From Patescibacteria group bacterium (lineage in GTDB: Bacteria; Patescibacteriota; Patescibacteriia; Patescibacteriales; WJLG01), in assembly GCA_028707065.1 (NCBI GenBank), contig JAQTUZ010000008.1, forward strand, positions 1-62,759: a stretch of 62,759 nt of DNA, read 5' to 3'. Made by a program: the position numbers and the translations under genes. Below the pieces are notes generated by a model, which worked only from the letters and a program-made list of their open reading frames with translations, was not told the origin of the DNA and did no database searches. Every line of letters starts with the position of its first letter. The first letter of the stretch is position 1. Positions 16,439 through 25,111 of this stretch are shown here, one piece after another.

Positions 16439-17179
16439 TCAGAACTTCTCGCCGTTAAAATCGAAATACAAAGATATTCCTTGCATGAAGTATTTCGTTC
16501 TTGCGCCGGCAATTGCTATTGGGGTATACCTCAGGCTATAACTGATTCCAATAACATAGACCTCAAGTGAAAATTTTCCGCTCAACCCCACGCTCCAGAC
16601 ATCAGAATGATCGACATAATATCTTTTCCAGTTTGCATAGCTCTCATCAAGCTGGAGATCATAATGTTTATCCCATTCATAATGAATGAAAGGAATGCCG
16701 ATGCTTGCCTTCGCGAATATGGGAAGGTTGCTTTTGGGAGGTACGCGCATTTCTGCTCCGAAATACGGTTCTAACGCATAATCAGGATCCAGGGAAGCAT
16801 GATAGCGGCGGTCCCAAGGATCTTGATACCAGCCCGTCGTCACATCTATTGTAAACTGAGAAAAATAAGATACCTTGATCCCCGGGAACAGCATCAGACC
16901 TTTGTTGACGCGCATCATATATTCCTCGCCCAGATTATACTCAAACGAAAGACGGCTTTGTATGGCATGAACATCGCCGTAATTCGGATCGTTAAATAAA
17001 GTCAATTCATCCATTAAATTTTTGTCGGGAATATCAGAAAAGACGCCGGTGGCTTCAACGTAGTGTGACAGGTAATTCTTTTCTTGCCGGTCTTTTTTGT
17101 AAGTAGCCGGACTGATAAATATCGCGCAGCCGATAAAATTGCAGCACAAAACGATCACGATGATTGATTGGCGATTCAT
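16439..17179 (-). CDS. putative lipoprotein, aromatic-rich beta protein ending in Phe
   Basis: AGGAGG SD; signal peptide with lipobox-like FIGC; Y/W/F-rich alternating pattern; C-terminus ...GISLYFDFNGEKF. Confidence 0.6.
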   Translation of the reverse strand: MNRQSIIVIVLCCNFIGCAIFISPATYKKDRQEKNYLSHYVEATGVFSDIPDKNLMDELTLFNDPNYGDVHAIQSRLSFEYNLGEEYMMRVNKGLMLFPGIKVSYFSQFTIDVTTGWYQDPWDRRYHASLDPDYALEPYFGAEMRVPPKSNLPIFAKASIGIPFIHYEWDKHYDLQLDESYANWKRYYVDHSDVWSVGLSGKFSLEVYVIGISYSLRYTPIAIAGARTKYFMQGISLYFDFNGEKF

Positions 17180-17289
17180 AATTACCTCCTTCGCGGATAG
17201 AGAAACTTAAAAAGGTTGTTAAAAGAGCCAAGAAAACAATATAACGAAAAAGTTAAATAGTCAAGTTTTAACCAATTAACTTAATATCT

Positions 17290-17463
17290 ATGGATGATAA
17301 AAAAGCGGCCGAAATTCTGATCGGCTTGTTGAAAAAGTATTCGCTAACTGGCGAAGAAAAGGAAGCGGTGGAGAATGCCATCGGCATTTTGAGCTGGACA
17401 TCTTTGGCTCAAAGCCGGATCAAGGCGCGAAAAGAAAAGCTGGACAAAAGTGTTAAAGAATAA
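17290..17463 (+). CDS. possible small protein (57 aa)
   Basis: ATG...TAA ORF below the track cut-off (MDDKKAAEILIGLLKKYSLTGEEKEAVENAIGILSWTSLAQSRIKARKEKLDKSVKE), followed by a hairpin; no SD. Confidence 0.3.
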   Translation: MDDKKAAEILIGLLKKYSLTGEEKEAVENAIGILSWTSLAQSRIKARKEKLDKSVKE

Positions 17464-17514
17464 AATAACCAATCCTTGCGGGTTGGTTATTGGGAATCGC
17501 GATAAATTGATTCT

Positions 17515-17787
17515 TTAGAAGTTTTGAACTTTTTTCAATTCTCTTTTCAACTCATTCTCAAGGATTGCCTTTTCTCTTTTTAGCCTTGAGCTGTTCTTGC
17601 TGAGTAGCTTGAAGTTGCTATTTTCAAGATCTGTTTTTTTGAGAGAGGTGTATTCGATAATGACGTTCTCGCGCGGTCTAAGGGCGGATAAATTAAACCG
17701 GATTGAATCGTCCATTTTGAATCGACCAGTGACCTTCAAGATTACGTCATTTCCCAAACCAAGAAAATAATCACCTTTCTTTATCAT
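17515..17787 (-). CDS. hypothetical protein (90 aa)
   Basis: GGAGGA SD 4 nt upstream of the ATG; no recognisable family. Confidence 0.5.
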   Translation of the reverse strand: MIKKGDYFLGLGNDVILKVTGRFKMDDSIRFNLSALRPRENVIIEYTSLKKTDLENSNFKLLSKNSSRLKREKAILENELKRELKKVQNF

Positions 17788-17913
17788 CGTTCCTCCTGGC
17801 TGAAGTTAAAATGTTTATAGAAAAAAGCCTTATTTTCAAAAAAGGACCGTTCAAAAAATATTATCAGGAAATTTAAAAATAAGCAATCCAATCTGAAAAA
17901 GTTAAAATAAAAA

Positions 17914-17943
17914 AGCCGTGAACGAACGCATTCACGGCTTTTG
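17914..17943. terminator. bidirectional terminator
   Basis: agccgtgaa-cgaacgca-ttcacggct flanked by aaaaaa and ttttg. Confidence 0.7.
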
Positions 17944-17958
17944 TTGTCTGAAAGAATT

Positions 17959-18276
17959 TCAGATCAGCATCCCTCTTTCCCATCCTCCTTTGATTATCAA
18001 ATTGCAGACATCATTGTCATGCTTGAGGACGAGTTCGGCGATCTTCCTGCCCGCGGCAGAAGTCGTTAAACAAAGTTCCTGGTCGGCAGTTATCTTGTTC
18101 TTGCTCGCGATATGCTTCAGGTCGCTCAAAGAACCAAAGATCAGTTTTTCCAACTCGGCTCGATCGGCGAACTCGGCATTAATCGTTCCGTTGATGAATT
18201 CTTCGGCTTGGCCGACAGTGAACTGTCCGCGGCGGTAGTTTATAGCGACTGAGAAATCACTCAGAACGATGCTCAT
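17959..18276 (-). CDS. hypothetical protein (105 aa)
   Basis: AAGGAG SD; followed by a bidirectional terminator at 17914-17939. Confidence 0.5.
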   Translation of the reverse strand: MSIVLSDFSVAINYRRGQFTVGQAEEFINGTINAEFADRAELEKLIFGSLSDLKHIASKNKITADQELCLTTSAAGRKIAELVLKHDNDVCNLIIKGGWERGMLI

Positions 18277-18448
18277 ATTGACTCCTTTTTTCGAAAGATT
18301 GTTGGTGATTTTAATGTAATTTTATTTTTAAAAATTAACTTTTGATAATACCAAATAATAGTGCAAATGTCAAGGCCATAAATGATTCTTAATAATTGCC
18401 GGCAAAGATAATGGACAAGAACCTTGAATAATCGCCACTATCGGCGAT

Positions 18449-18482
18449 AACCACCCCCAGCCCCTCCTTGAAAAGGAGAGGA
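18449..18482 (+). repeat. PE-B element, intergenic
   Basis: aaccacccccagcccctccttgaaaaggagagg. Confidence 0.8.
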
Positions 18483-18517
18483 ACACATACCCTTATAATA
18501 TAGGGGGTTTGTTTTTC

Positions 18518-18546
18518 TTGACTTTTAAGATTTTGTGTGGTATAAT
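18518..18546 (+). promoter_or_regulatory. consensus extended -10 promoter
   Basis: TTGACT-17 nt (ending TGG)-TATAAT upstream of the CxxC gene. Confidence 0.8.
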
Positions 18547-18576
18547 TTTTTAAGATAAACAATTAATCTAATTTCT

Positions 18577-19215
18577 ATGAGTAAATTTAATCAAGGAGGA
18601 GATTTTAGCGGCCGGGACAGAAGTTTTGACCGCAATGCGCCAAGACAGATGTATCAAGCTGTTTGCGCCGAATGCGGTCAGAAATGTGAAGTTCCGTTTA
18701 AGCCGTCCGGCGACCGGCCGGTGCTGTGCAGCGCTTGCTTTAAGCAATCGGGCCGCGGCGGAGATCGCGAAGATAATCGCCGGGAAGAAAGACGGGATGA
18801 ACGCCCGAGAAATGAGAATCGAAAAATGTACGATACCACTTGCGCTAAATGCGGCAAACCTTGCCAGGTTCCTTTCCAACCGAAACCGGGACGCGATATT
18901 TTCTGCTCTGATTGTTTCAGCCGCGATGGCAAACATGAAGCCAAACCTTCTGCTTCTAATCAAGGCCCGAAAGGAGCCAGTTATGATCAGCAATTCGCCG
19001 CGCTCAATGCCAAGCTGGATAAGATTATTAATTATTTGAATCCGGCTGTCATTAAACCGGCCGCCGTTAAACCTCTGGAAATGATCGTCAAACCCACCTC
19101 CGCTAAAGCTATGGCGGACAAGCCGGAAGTGAAAAAGCCCGTCTCCGCTAAGGTTCCCGTGGCCAAGGCAGAAAAGAAAATTGCTTCTAAGAAAAAAGTT
19201 TCCAAGAAAAAATAA
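18577..19215 (+). CDS. tandem CxxC-x17-CxxC zinc-ribbon protein with lysine-rich tail
   Basis: Two copies of C-x2-C-G-x2-C-x-VPF-x-P-x4-5-(R)-x3-C-x2-CF (CAECGQKCEVPFKPSGDRPVLCSACF; CAKCGKPCQVPFQPKPGRDIFCSDCF); strong promoter 18518-18546. Confidence 0.75.
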   Translation: MSKFNQGGDFSGRDRSFDRNAPRQMYQAVCAECGQKCEVPFKPSGDRPVLCSACFKQSGRGGDREDNRREERRDERPRNENRKMYDTTCAKCGKPCQVPFQPKPGRDIFCSDCFSRDGKHEAKPSASNQGPKGASYDQQFAALNAKLDKIINYLNPAVIKPAAVKPLEMIVKPTSAKAMADKPEVKKPVSAKVPVAKAEKKIASKKKVSKKK

Positions 19216-19229
19216 CTCTCAATATTTTT

Positions 19230-19260
19230 CCGCAGCCTTAACCGGGCTGCGGTTTTGTTT
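19230..19260 (+). terminator. terminator after the CxxC zinc-ribbon gene
   Basis: ccgcagcc-ttaaccg-ggctgcgg followed by ttttgtttt. Confidence 0.75.
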
Positions 19261-19264
19261 TGCG

Positions 19265-19293
19265 TTGACGGCATTAATAAATTATGGTATGCT
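19265..19293 (+). promoter_or_regulatory. extended -10 promoter
   Basis: TTGACG-17 nt (ending TGG)-TATGCT upstream of ORF 19355. Confidence 0.7.
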
Positions 19294-19354
19294 CGATTGA
19301 AAATTTATTATTGAAAGCACCTAAAATATTATAACCAAAAGAAAAGAGGAAAAA

Positions 19355-19993
19355 ATGGACAAAAGGTCGGTCAGAAAGCCATTTGATCTTGGCGATGACG
19401 TTCGCTTATCGCCTTCGATGATGTTTGCGGACCTGCCGCAGGATCTGCCGAGCAATTTGGCGCAGCTTGCTTCCTCCGGTATTTTTGGAAACCGGCCGAG
19501 CGCTAATTTCAATGTTTTTACGAGCGCTCCTCGCCATCAGCCCTGCGGCGGATGCCTGTATTTTGATAACGATATTGCCCGCGCGGATTTTGAAGCTTTG
19601 ATGAGGATTCTGAAAGTCGGGGAAAAGGACAGTCGTTTTTTTGCAGTCTTTGCCGTCGAGTCAGAACGGCCGGGGGTCGAGGGATGCTTAACTCAACTGC
19701 GAATCGTGACGCGCTTTGCGCTTCGGTTTCTGTTCAAAGTTATCAGCGACAAAGAATATGACAATTTTCGTGAACAGAAGTTATCCGTTGTTGAAGTTTT
19801 CTGGTCGTTCATGGAGTTTGAACGAAACCGCTGGGGAACAAGTTATGTTCAGGACGAGCAAAAGGGGCTCGCGGGTCTTTTTGGCGGAGACGGCGATTCT
19901 GCACGCGAGAAATTATCATTCGGTTTTATGGAGGAGAATAGCCGTAATGGCGTTTACCGCATTTGGTCGCGTGCTTGGCTCGTGACTCAATAA
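19355..19993 (+). CDS. hypothetical protein (212 aa)
   Basis: Own TTGACG-17-TATGCT promoter and purine-rich SD; terminator downstream; no family recognised. Confidence 0.55.
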   Translation: MDKRSVRKPFDLGDDVRLSPSMMFADLPQDLPSNLAQLASSGIFGNRPSANFNVFTSAPRHQPCGGCLYFDNDIARADFEALMRILKVGEKDSRFFAVFAVESERPGVEGCLTQLRIVTRFALRFLFKVISDKEYDNFREQKLSVVEVFWSFMEFERNRWGTSYVQDEQKGLAGLFGGDGDSAREKLSFGFMEENSRNGVYRIWSRAWLVTQ

Positions 19994-20022
19994 AAAATTT
20001 CAGCCGGATATTTTTCAGTCTG

Positions 20023-20056
20023 CCGCGGTTTCCCGAAAAGGAAATCGCGGTTTTTT
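20023..20056 (+). terminator. terminator after ORF 19355-19993
   Basis: ccgcggtttcc-cgaaaa-ggaaatcgcgg followed by tttttt. Confidence 0.75.
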
Positions 20057-20157
20057 ATTATTTACCCCTTGATTTTTATAAGTGAATATGATAATTTTAT
20101 CTGTTCAGTTCTTTTTATATAGACATAATCCATTCACCTTAACTTTAGGGGGTTGAT

Positions 20158-21612
20158 GTGTTAGCTGAATATTTAGGTTTTGACCTTAGCACGACGGGTC
20201 TGACCGGCGGCGTTAAAGGGATCAACGGCGATGAAGGTTTCGCTTCGGTCGATATGCTCGGAGCAACGAAATGGCTGGAACAGCCGGCATTCGACCTTGA
20301 CTATCTGCCCGAGATGATGGAAGGGGTTTTGAAACAGCTGATAGAAAAAGGCTGGGATTTTTCCTCACCGGGCGCGCTTTCTTTTTCCGTCCGCCAGCAT
20401 GACATGGTTGTTTTGGACAAGTACGGCAAATCTGTAATTCCGGCTTTAAGCTGGCAGTGCAACGCGGCCGTAAAAATGACGGAATGGATCAACGCGCAAG
20501 AGGATCTTCGGCAGATCGTGGGAAAAGTCGAAGAACGTTTTATCCTGTCGAAGCTGGGGTGGGCTTTAGCCCAGATCTCGTGCCCTGGTCAGGTTAACAG
20601 AGTGATGACGACCGGCGATTATATCGCATATCGGCTAACCGGTATTGAGCGCTTAAGCGCGTCTGACGCCTTAAGCAACGGCTTGCTTAAGCAGGCGGAT
20701 AAATGCCTGGCGGCCGAGGTAATCAAGGCGTGCGGTTTGGAACCCGAATGGTTTCCGCCCGTGATCGAAAGCGGCGCCGAGGTCGGGCGGGTGCGAATAG
20801 AAGAATCGGCCTGGAAAAAAATCTGTTCCATCTTGCAGGGCTGGAAAGTCATTTCCTGCCTGGGCGACAATCATGCCGGAGCTGTCGGCTGCGGATTGAA
20901 TTCCGACAGCGCGATTGTTGTTTCCGCCGGAACCAGCGGGACAGTCGTCCGTATCAGCCATGATGAAGATAAGCGCTTAGGCGCGGCGGCTTGTTTCGAA
21001 TATTACGATGAAAAGCTGCTGCTGATGATGATGCCGCGTTGCGCGGCCTGGTACAAAGATTTTGTCGAACACCATAGTATCGGCGGGACGTATGGGGCAA
21101 TCGATACGGATATAGAAGATCGCATTGCTCTCGGCGCTGAGCTGGAATTGGTGCGGGTGGTGCAAGAAAAAAAAGGCGATGATCTGGTCGAGCGCTATCC
21201 GCGCGATTGGGTCCACTTTCCTTTAGCCAGTCATGCCGCGAGCGTGCAGGCTTCGATCGCTTTGGAATTGCTCCTCCTGGTCAAAAAAATGCTGGTCGAG
21301 GTCGTCGATCCTGAAGCCACTATCAATAAAGTGGTTTTGACCGGCGGTCTGTCACAATCATCTTTTTTTCGCGAAGTGATCGCTATCGGCCTGGAAATAT
21401 TGCAGCCCGGTTTGAGGTTGTTCTTAAGCGACCACAAAGGTCCGCTCGCCTACAAAGCGGCGGCTCTGGGCGCCATGATCAACGCGATCATCGGCGATAG
21501 CGATGGAAACGCCCCGGATATTATCGGTGAGCTTTGCCCGACCTCTGAAGTGCAAAGACGCGGTTATATCCCCGAGGATATCGGTGTTTTTTTAAGCAAG
21601 TATTTAAGCTAA
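20158..21612 (+). CDS. divergent FGGY-family carbohydrate kinase
   Basis: GTG start after AGGGGG; LGFDLSTTG, SFSVRQHDMVVLDKYGKSVIPALSWQCNAA, GDNHAGAVGCG, SAGTSGTV and VLTGGLSQSSFFREV match the FGGY motif order. Confidence 0.7.
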   Translation: MLAEYLGFDLSTTGLTGGVKGINGDEGFASVDMLGATKWLEQPAFDLDYLPEMMEGVLKQLIEKGWDFSSPGALSFSVRQHDMVVLDKYGKSVIPALSWQCNAAVKMTEWINAQEDLRQIVGKVEERFILSKLGWALAQISCPGQVNRVMTTGDYIAYRLTGIERLSASDALSNGLLKQADKCLAAEVIKACGLEPEWFPPVIESGAEVGRVRIEESAWKKICSILQGWKVISCLGDNHAGAVGCGLNSDSAIVVSAGTSGTVVRISHDEDKRLGAAACFEYYDEKLLLMMMPRCAAWYKDFVEHHSIGGTYGAIDTDIEDRIALGAELELVRVVQEKKGDDLVERYPRDWVHFPLASHAASVQASIALELLLLVKKMLVEVVDPEATINKVVLTGGLSQSSFFREVIAIGLEILQPGLRLFLSDHKGPLAYKAAALGAMINAIIGDSDGNAPDIIGELCPTSEVQRRGYIPEDIGVFLSKYLS

Positions 21613-21632
21613 GGCCATTTTGGCCTTAATTC

Positions 21633-21668
21633 CGCCGCAGTTTTAATCATGAACTGCGGCGTTTTTTT
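21633..21668 (+). terminator. terminator after the FGGY-like kinase gene
   Basis: cgccgcagtt-ttaatcatg-aactgcggcg followed by ttttttt. Confidence 0.8.
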
Positions 21669-21695
21669 GCTTAATTGCGCTGCTGGCGATATAAT
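21667..21695 (+). promoter_or_regulatory. promoter of the YgjP-like gene (leaderless-type spacing)
   Basis: TTGCTT-17 nt-TATAAT, with the -10 ending 8 nt before ATG 21704. Confidence 0.6.
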
Positions 21696-21703
21696 AGAGC
21701 CTT

Positions 21704-22240
21704 ATGGAGATTAGCTGCAAAATCAAAAAGAGCCGGAGAGCCAAGAATATCTGCCTGCGAGTCTGCGCCGACGCGACTGCCGTGTTGACGATTCCTTGGT
21801 GGGTCTCGAAAGAGGCGGGGCTTAGATTCTTGGAATCCAAAAAAAAATGGTTAATCGATAAGATAAGAATTAAGAAAGAAGAATTAAGAATTAAGCCGCA
21901 ACGAACCAAGGCTGATTATTTAAAAAATAAACGGCAAGCGGAGAGATTGGTTTGGGGAAGATTGGAACATTTTAATTCTTTTTATAATTTTGAATACAAA
22001 CGCGTTTGCGTCCGCGACCAGAAAAGCCGCTGGGGAAGCTGCTCGGCCAAGAAGAATCTGAATTTCAGCTACAGGATCGTTTTTCTGCCGCAAGAGCTCG
22101 CTGATTACTTGATCGTCCACGAACTTTGCCACTTAGGCGAGATGAACCACTCGGCAAGATTTTGGAAGTTAGTCGAAAAAACAATCCCTAATTATAAAAT
22201 ATTACGAAAAAAATTATTAAAGAAAGGAAATCTTTACTAA
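21704..22240 (+). CDS. YgjP-like (DUF45/M48-related) metal-dependent hydrolase
   Basis: RWGSCS...NLNFSYRIVFLP...YLIVHELCHLGEMNHSARFW (HExxH); contains an in-frame AAGAATTAAG word repeat. Confidence 0.8.
   Translation: MEISCKIKKSRRAKNICLRVCADATAVLTIPWWVSKEAGLRFLESKKKWLIDKIRIKKEELRIKPQRTKADYLKNKRQAERLVWGRLEHFNSFYNFEYKRVCVRDQKSRWGSCSAKKNLNFSYRIVFLPQELADYLIVHELCHLGEMNHSARFWKLVEKTIPNYKILRKKLLKKGNLY
21857..21895 (+). repeat. R3 repeat inside the YgjP-like gene (in-frame)
   Basis: gataagataagaattaagaaagaagaattaagaattaag; translated DKIRIKKEELRIK. Confidence 0.7.
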
Positions 22241-22263
22241 AATTATAATCGATTCTTCCGCTG

Positions 22264-22312
22264 TAACACACCCTGCCTCGCTTACGCTCGGCACCCCTCT
22301 CGAGAGGGGACT
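22264..22312 (+). repeat. PE-A element (degenerate), intergenic
   Basis: taacacaccctgcctcgcttacgctcggcacccctctcgagaggggact; forms an inverted pair with 22341-22410. Confidence 0.8.
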
Positions 22313-22340
22313 TCGCAACGAAGAAATCAGCCGGTAAAAA

Positions 22341-22410
22341 GTCCCCTCTAGAGAGGGGTGGCAGTCCGCCGCCTTGTCCGCCTCGGGCGGAGGACTGACG
22401 GGGTGTGTGA
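22341..22410 (-). repeat. PE-A element with extended nested central hairpin
   Basis: gtcccctctagagaggggtgg-cagtccgccgccttgtccgcctcgggcggaggactga-cggggtgtgtga. Confidence 0.85.
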
Positions 22411-22448
22411 AAATCGGCATTAAGATTTTGCAAAATATAATTCAGAAA

Positions 22449-24956
22449 ATGAAATTTATGGAATTTAATGATGAACAGAAAAAAATAATTGAAAGTATCA
22501 ATGGCGTATTTATAATTTCCGCGCCGGTGGGAACGGGGAAGACGACGATCTTGACCGAGCGGGTGGCGAAAGCGATTGAATCGGGGATTAAGCCGGAAGA
22601 AATTTTGTGTTTGACTTTTACCAATCGGGCAGCGGAAGAAATGTCCGAGCGCATCAAAGCGAAAATTAATAATAAAAAGATTTACGACGAGATAACGGTC
22701 AAGACTTTCCATGGCTGGTGCGCTTATTTCATCAAGGCCGAGGCCAAGGCGATCGGTTTGCCGCGGGACTTCGTGATTTTCGAGGAAGAAGAACAAAGAG
22801 AAGTGATGAAAACGATTTTGGAAAAACATCCGGAAGTAAGAATTGATGAAGAAAAAGCCAGCCGGGAAATTTCCAATCTGATTGAAAAAGTTTACGACGC
22901 CCGCCTGAATGGCCTGTTAAGGGAGATCGGCATTACGATCGATGAGTTAAAAACCGACAAGTCGATGGAGGCGATCGGCGCGGAATATCATCAGGCATTG
23001 GCCGAGCAGAACGCTTTGGATTTTAATGAATTGGTCTTGCTTGCTTTGCGGACTTTATATTTAGATAAGAAAGTTCAAAAGAAATGGGCAAGCAAATATC
23101 GTTTTATCCAACTGGACGAATTCCAGGACACGCATCTTTCCGAATATCTGGTCGTCAAAGAATTGGCCAAAGTTCATCAGAATGTTTCTTTTATTGGTGA
23201 TTTGGATCAGACGATCTATACTTGGCGCGGCTCCCAGCCGGTATTTCTCACCAAGCTGATCAAAAAGCATTTCCCCGCCGTAGTTGAATTGAGCTTGTCC
23301 ACCAATTATCGCTTTGATCCGAATATTCTGGCCGCGGTCAAATCTTTTCTGGGAAGTTTTATGAATCACTCGACCCAGGAATTAAAGACGCTCAAGGAAA
23401 ATGATACGGAAGAAAAAGCGGTCAATGTTTTTTCCGCCCATAATTTCCGCGAAGAAATTTCCTGGGTGATTGAAAAAGTCAAAGATTTGCGCGAAAAAGA
23501 ACCCGAGGCTAAGATCGTCGTCATTTCGCGCACCAATAATCTGATCACTAAGACCGCGGATATTTTTGCCGAAAAGGGCGTCGCCCATATTACGGTGGAT
23601 AAATACGAATTTTTCCGCCGCCAGGAAGTGAAAGACGTTTACGCTTACTTGAAAATAATTTTTAACCGCTTTGATCTGGAAGCGGCTTACCGCCTGGTCA
23701 AGCGCCCGCCGCGCAATATCGGGTCAGCTACGCTCAAGGCGATCGTGGAAAAAGGGGATAAGATCGGCATGAAAGTTTCGGATTTTTTGAATTTCAAGAA
23801 TTATAAATACCCCGAACCATTCTTTAATCTGATCAATAAATTTGATCAGGGACGGTTGATAGTTCTGGATACGGAAACGACCGGCACCGATGTTTTGTCC
23901 GACGATATTGTCCAGATCTTCGCCCAGGAGATTATTAACGGCAAAGTTGAGCGCCGCTTCAGCCGCTATTTAAAGAACGACGTTCCGGTCGGTTTTTCCG
24001 AAACGATCCACAGCTTGTCGGATAAATTCTTGAAAGAAAAAGGCGAAAATCCGACCAAGGTTTTGCAGGAGCTGAAGGAATTTATCGCAGGCGACGCAAC
24101 GATCGGCCATAATGTTATTTTCGACTTGACCATGCTTATTGAGAACGGCAAGCGACGGGGAGTGACGTTTGATTTTAAAGAATATTATGACACGCTCGAT
24201 CTGGCCAAGCGCGTCGTGGAGTCGCCCAATTATCGTTTGAGCACCTTGGCGGAATTATTGGGACTGGCCACGGCCACGCATGATGCTGAAGATGATGTGT
24301 CGGCGACCGTCGGTTTGCTGGGCGTGGTTGTGGAACGGCTGAAAAAAGGCGCGCCCGAGCGGGTTAAAACTTGGCAGGAATATTCGGTTAAATTTTTGAA
24401 ATTATCGGGTGTGATCGACGCCTGGCAGAAAGTAGTGCAAGAAGTCAGGCCGCCCGAAGCTTTGGAAAAAGTCTGGGAAGAATCAGGGCTCAAAGAATTT
24501 TACGAGCACGACCCCGGGCGGTCTTCGTCCGCCGTAGCCTTGGCGGAGGCGGGCAAGCGCCTGAGATCGATCGAGGAATTGAAAAAAGTCTTTGCCGAAA
24601 AAGACAATCCGGATAAGCGGCCGGAAGTTTCTTTGCGCGAATTGATCCATTATGCCGCCCTGGTCAAGGATATAAATTTCCTCGGTTTGGAAAAAGGAAA
24701 AATTCCGATTGTCACCGCCCATCAGGTCAAGGGCCTGGAATTCGATTATGTTTTTATCATCGGCATGAACGAGTATATTTTTCCGATCGCCAAATCGGAT
24801 TTGGAAGAGGAGAAGCGCCTTTTTTACGTGGCCATGACTCGCGCCAAGAAAAAGATTTTTATTTCTTACAGCCAATATAATGATAATGGCTATACCGCCA
24901 CCAAAAGCCGGTTTATTGATTATATTGATGAGAAACACATCAATTTTTTTAGTTGA
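22449..24956 (+). CDS. UvrD/PcrA-type helicase with an internal DEDDh 3'-5' exonuclease domain
   Basis: Motif I APVGTGKTT, II QLDEFQDT, IV STNYRF, V/VI TAHQVKGLEFDYVF...RLFYVAMTRAKKK; between IV and V: DTETTG, GHNVIFDL, THDAEDD. ORF-track start 22374 reads through a repeat and was trimmed to ATG 22449. Confidence 0.85.
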   Translation: MKFMEFNDEQKKIIESINGVFIISAPVGTGKTTILTERVAKAIESGIKPEEILCLTFTNRAAEEMSERIKAKINNKKIYDEITVKTFHGWCAYFIKAEAKAIGLPRDFVIFEEEEQREVMKTILEKHPEVRIDEEKASREISNLIEKVYDARLNGLLREIGITIDELKTDKSMEAIGAEYHQALAEQNALDFNELVLLALRTLYLDKKVQKKWASKYRFIQLDEFQDTHLSEYLVVKELAKVHQNVSFIGDLDQTIYTWRGSQPVFLTKLIKKHFPAVVELSLSTNYRFDPNILAAVKSFLGSFMNHSTQELKTLKENDTEEKAVNVFSAHNFREEISWVIEKVKDLREKEPEAKIVVISRTNNLITKTADIFAEKGVAHITVDKYEFFRRQEVKDVYAYLKIIFNRFDLEAAYRLVKRPPRNIGSATLKAIVEKGDKIGMKVSDFLNFKNYKYPEPFFNLINKFDQGRLIVLDTETTGTDVLSDDIVQIFAQEIINGKVERRFSRYLKNDVPVGFSETIHSLSDKFLKEKGENPTKVLQELKEFIAGDATIGHNVIFDLTMLIENGKRRGVTFDFKEYYDTLDLAKRVVESPNYRLSTLAELLGLATATHDAEDDVSATVGLLGVVVERLKKGAPERVKTWQEYSVKFLKLSGVIDAWQKVVQEVRPPEALEKVWEESGLKEFYEHDPGRSSSAVALAEAGKRLRSIEELKKVFAEKDNPDKRPEVSLRELIHYAALVKDINFLGLEKGKIPIVTAHQVKGLEFDYVFIIGMNEYIFPIAKSDLEEEKRLFYVAMTRAKKKIFISYSQYNDNGYTATKSRFIDYIDEKHINFFS

Positions 24957-25065
24957 TTAGTTAATTGGTTAATTAGTTGAGAAGCTGGCGAGTTCGCAAA
25001 AATTATTTTACTTCACGAACTTAAAATGATCCACGACTAAGTAACTAATCAACTAATTAACTAAT
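24951..25065. repeat. R5 full hairpin after the helicase gene (contains its stop codon)
   Basis: agttgattagttaattggttaattagttgag ... ctaagtaactaatcaactaattaactaat. Confidence 0.85.
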
Positions 25066-25111
25066 GTGCTATAATAAATTTCGTAGTTTCTAATTTAAAA
25101 TTAAATCAACC

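Noticed and set aside
22188-22829. 213-aa minus-strand ORF overlapping the end of the YgjP-like gene, two PE-A copies and the helicase start
   Set aside because: It is kept open by repeat sequence and by the antisense of the helicase gene. Its composition is low-complexity (F/R/L-rich), and both overlapped plus-strand genes have clear family motifs.
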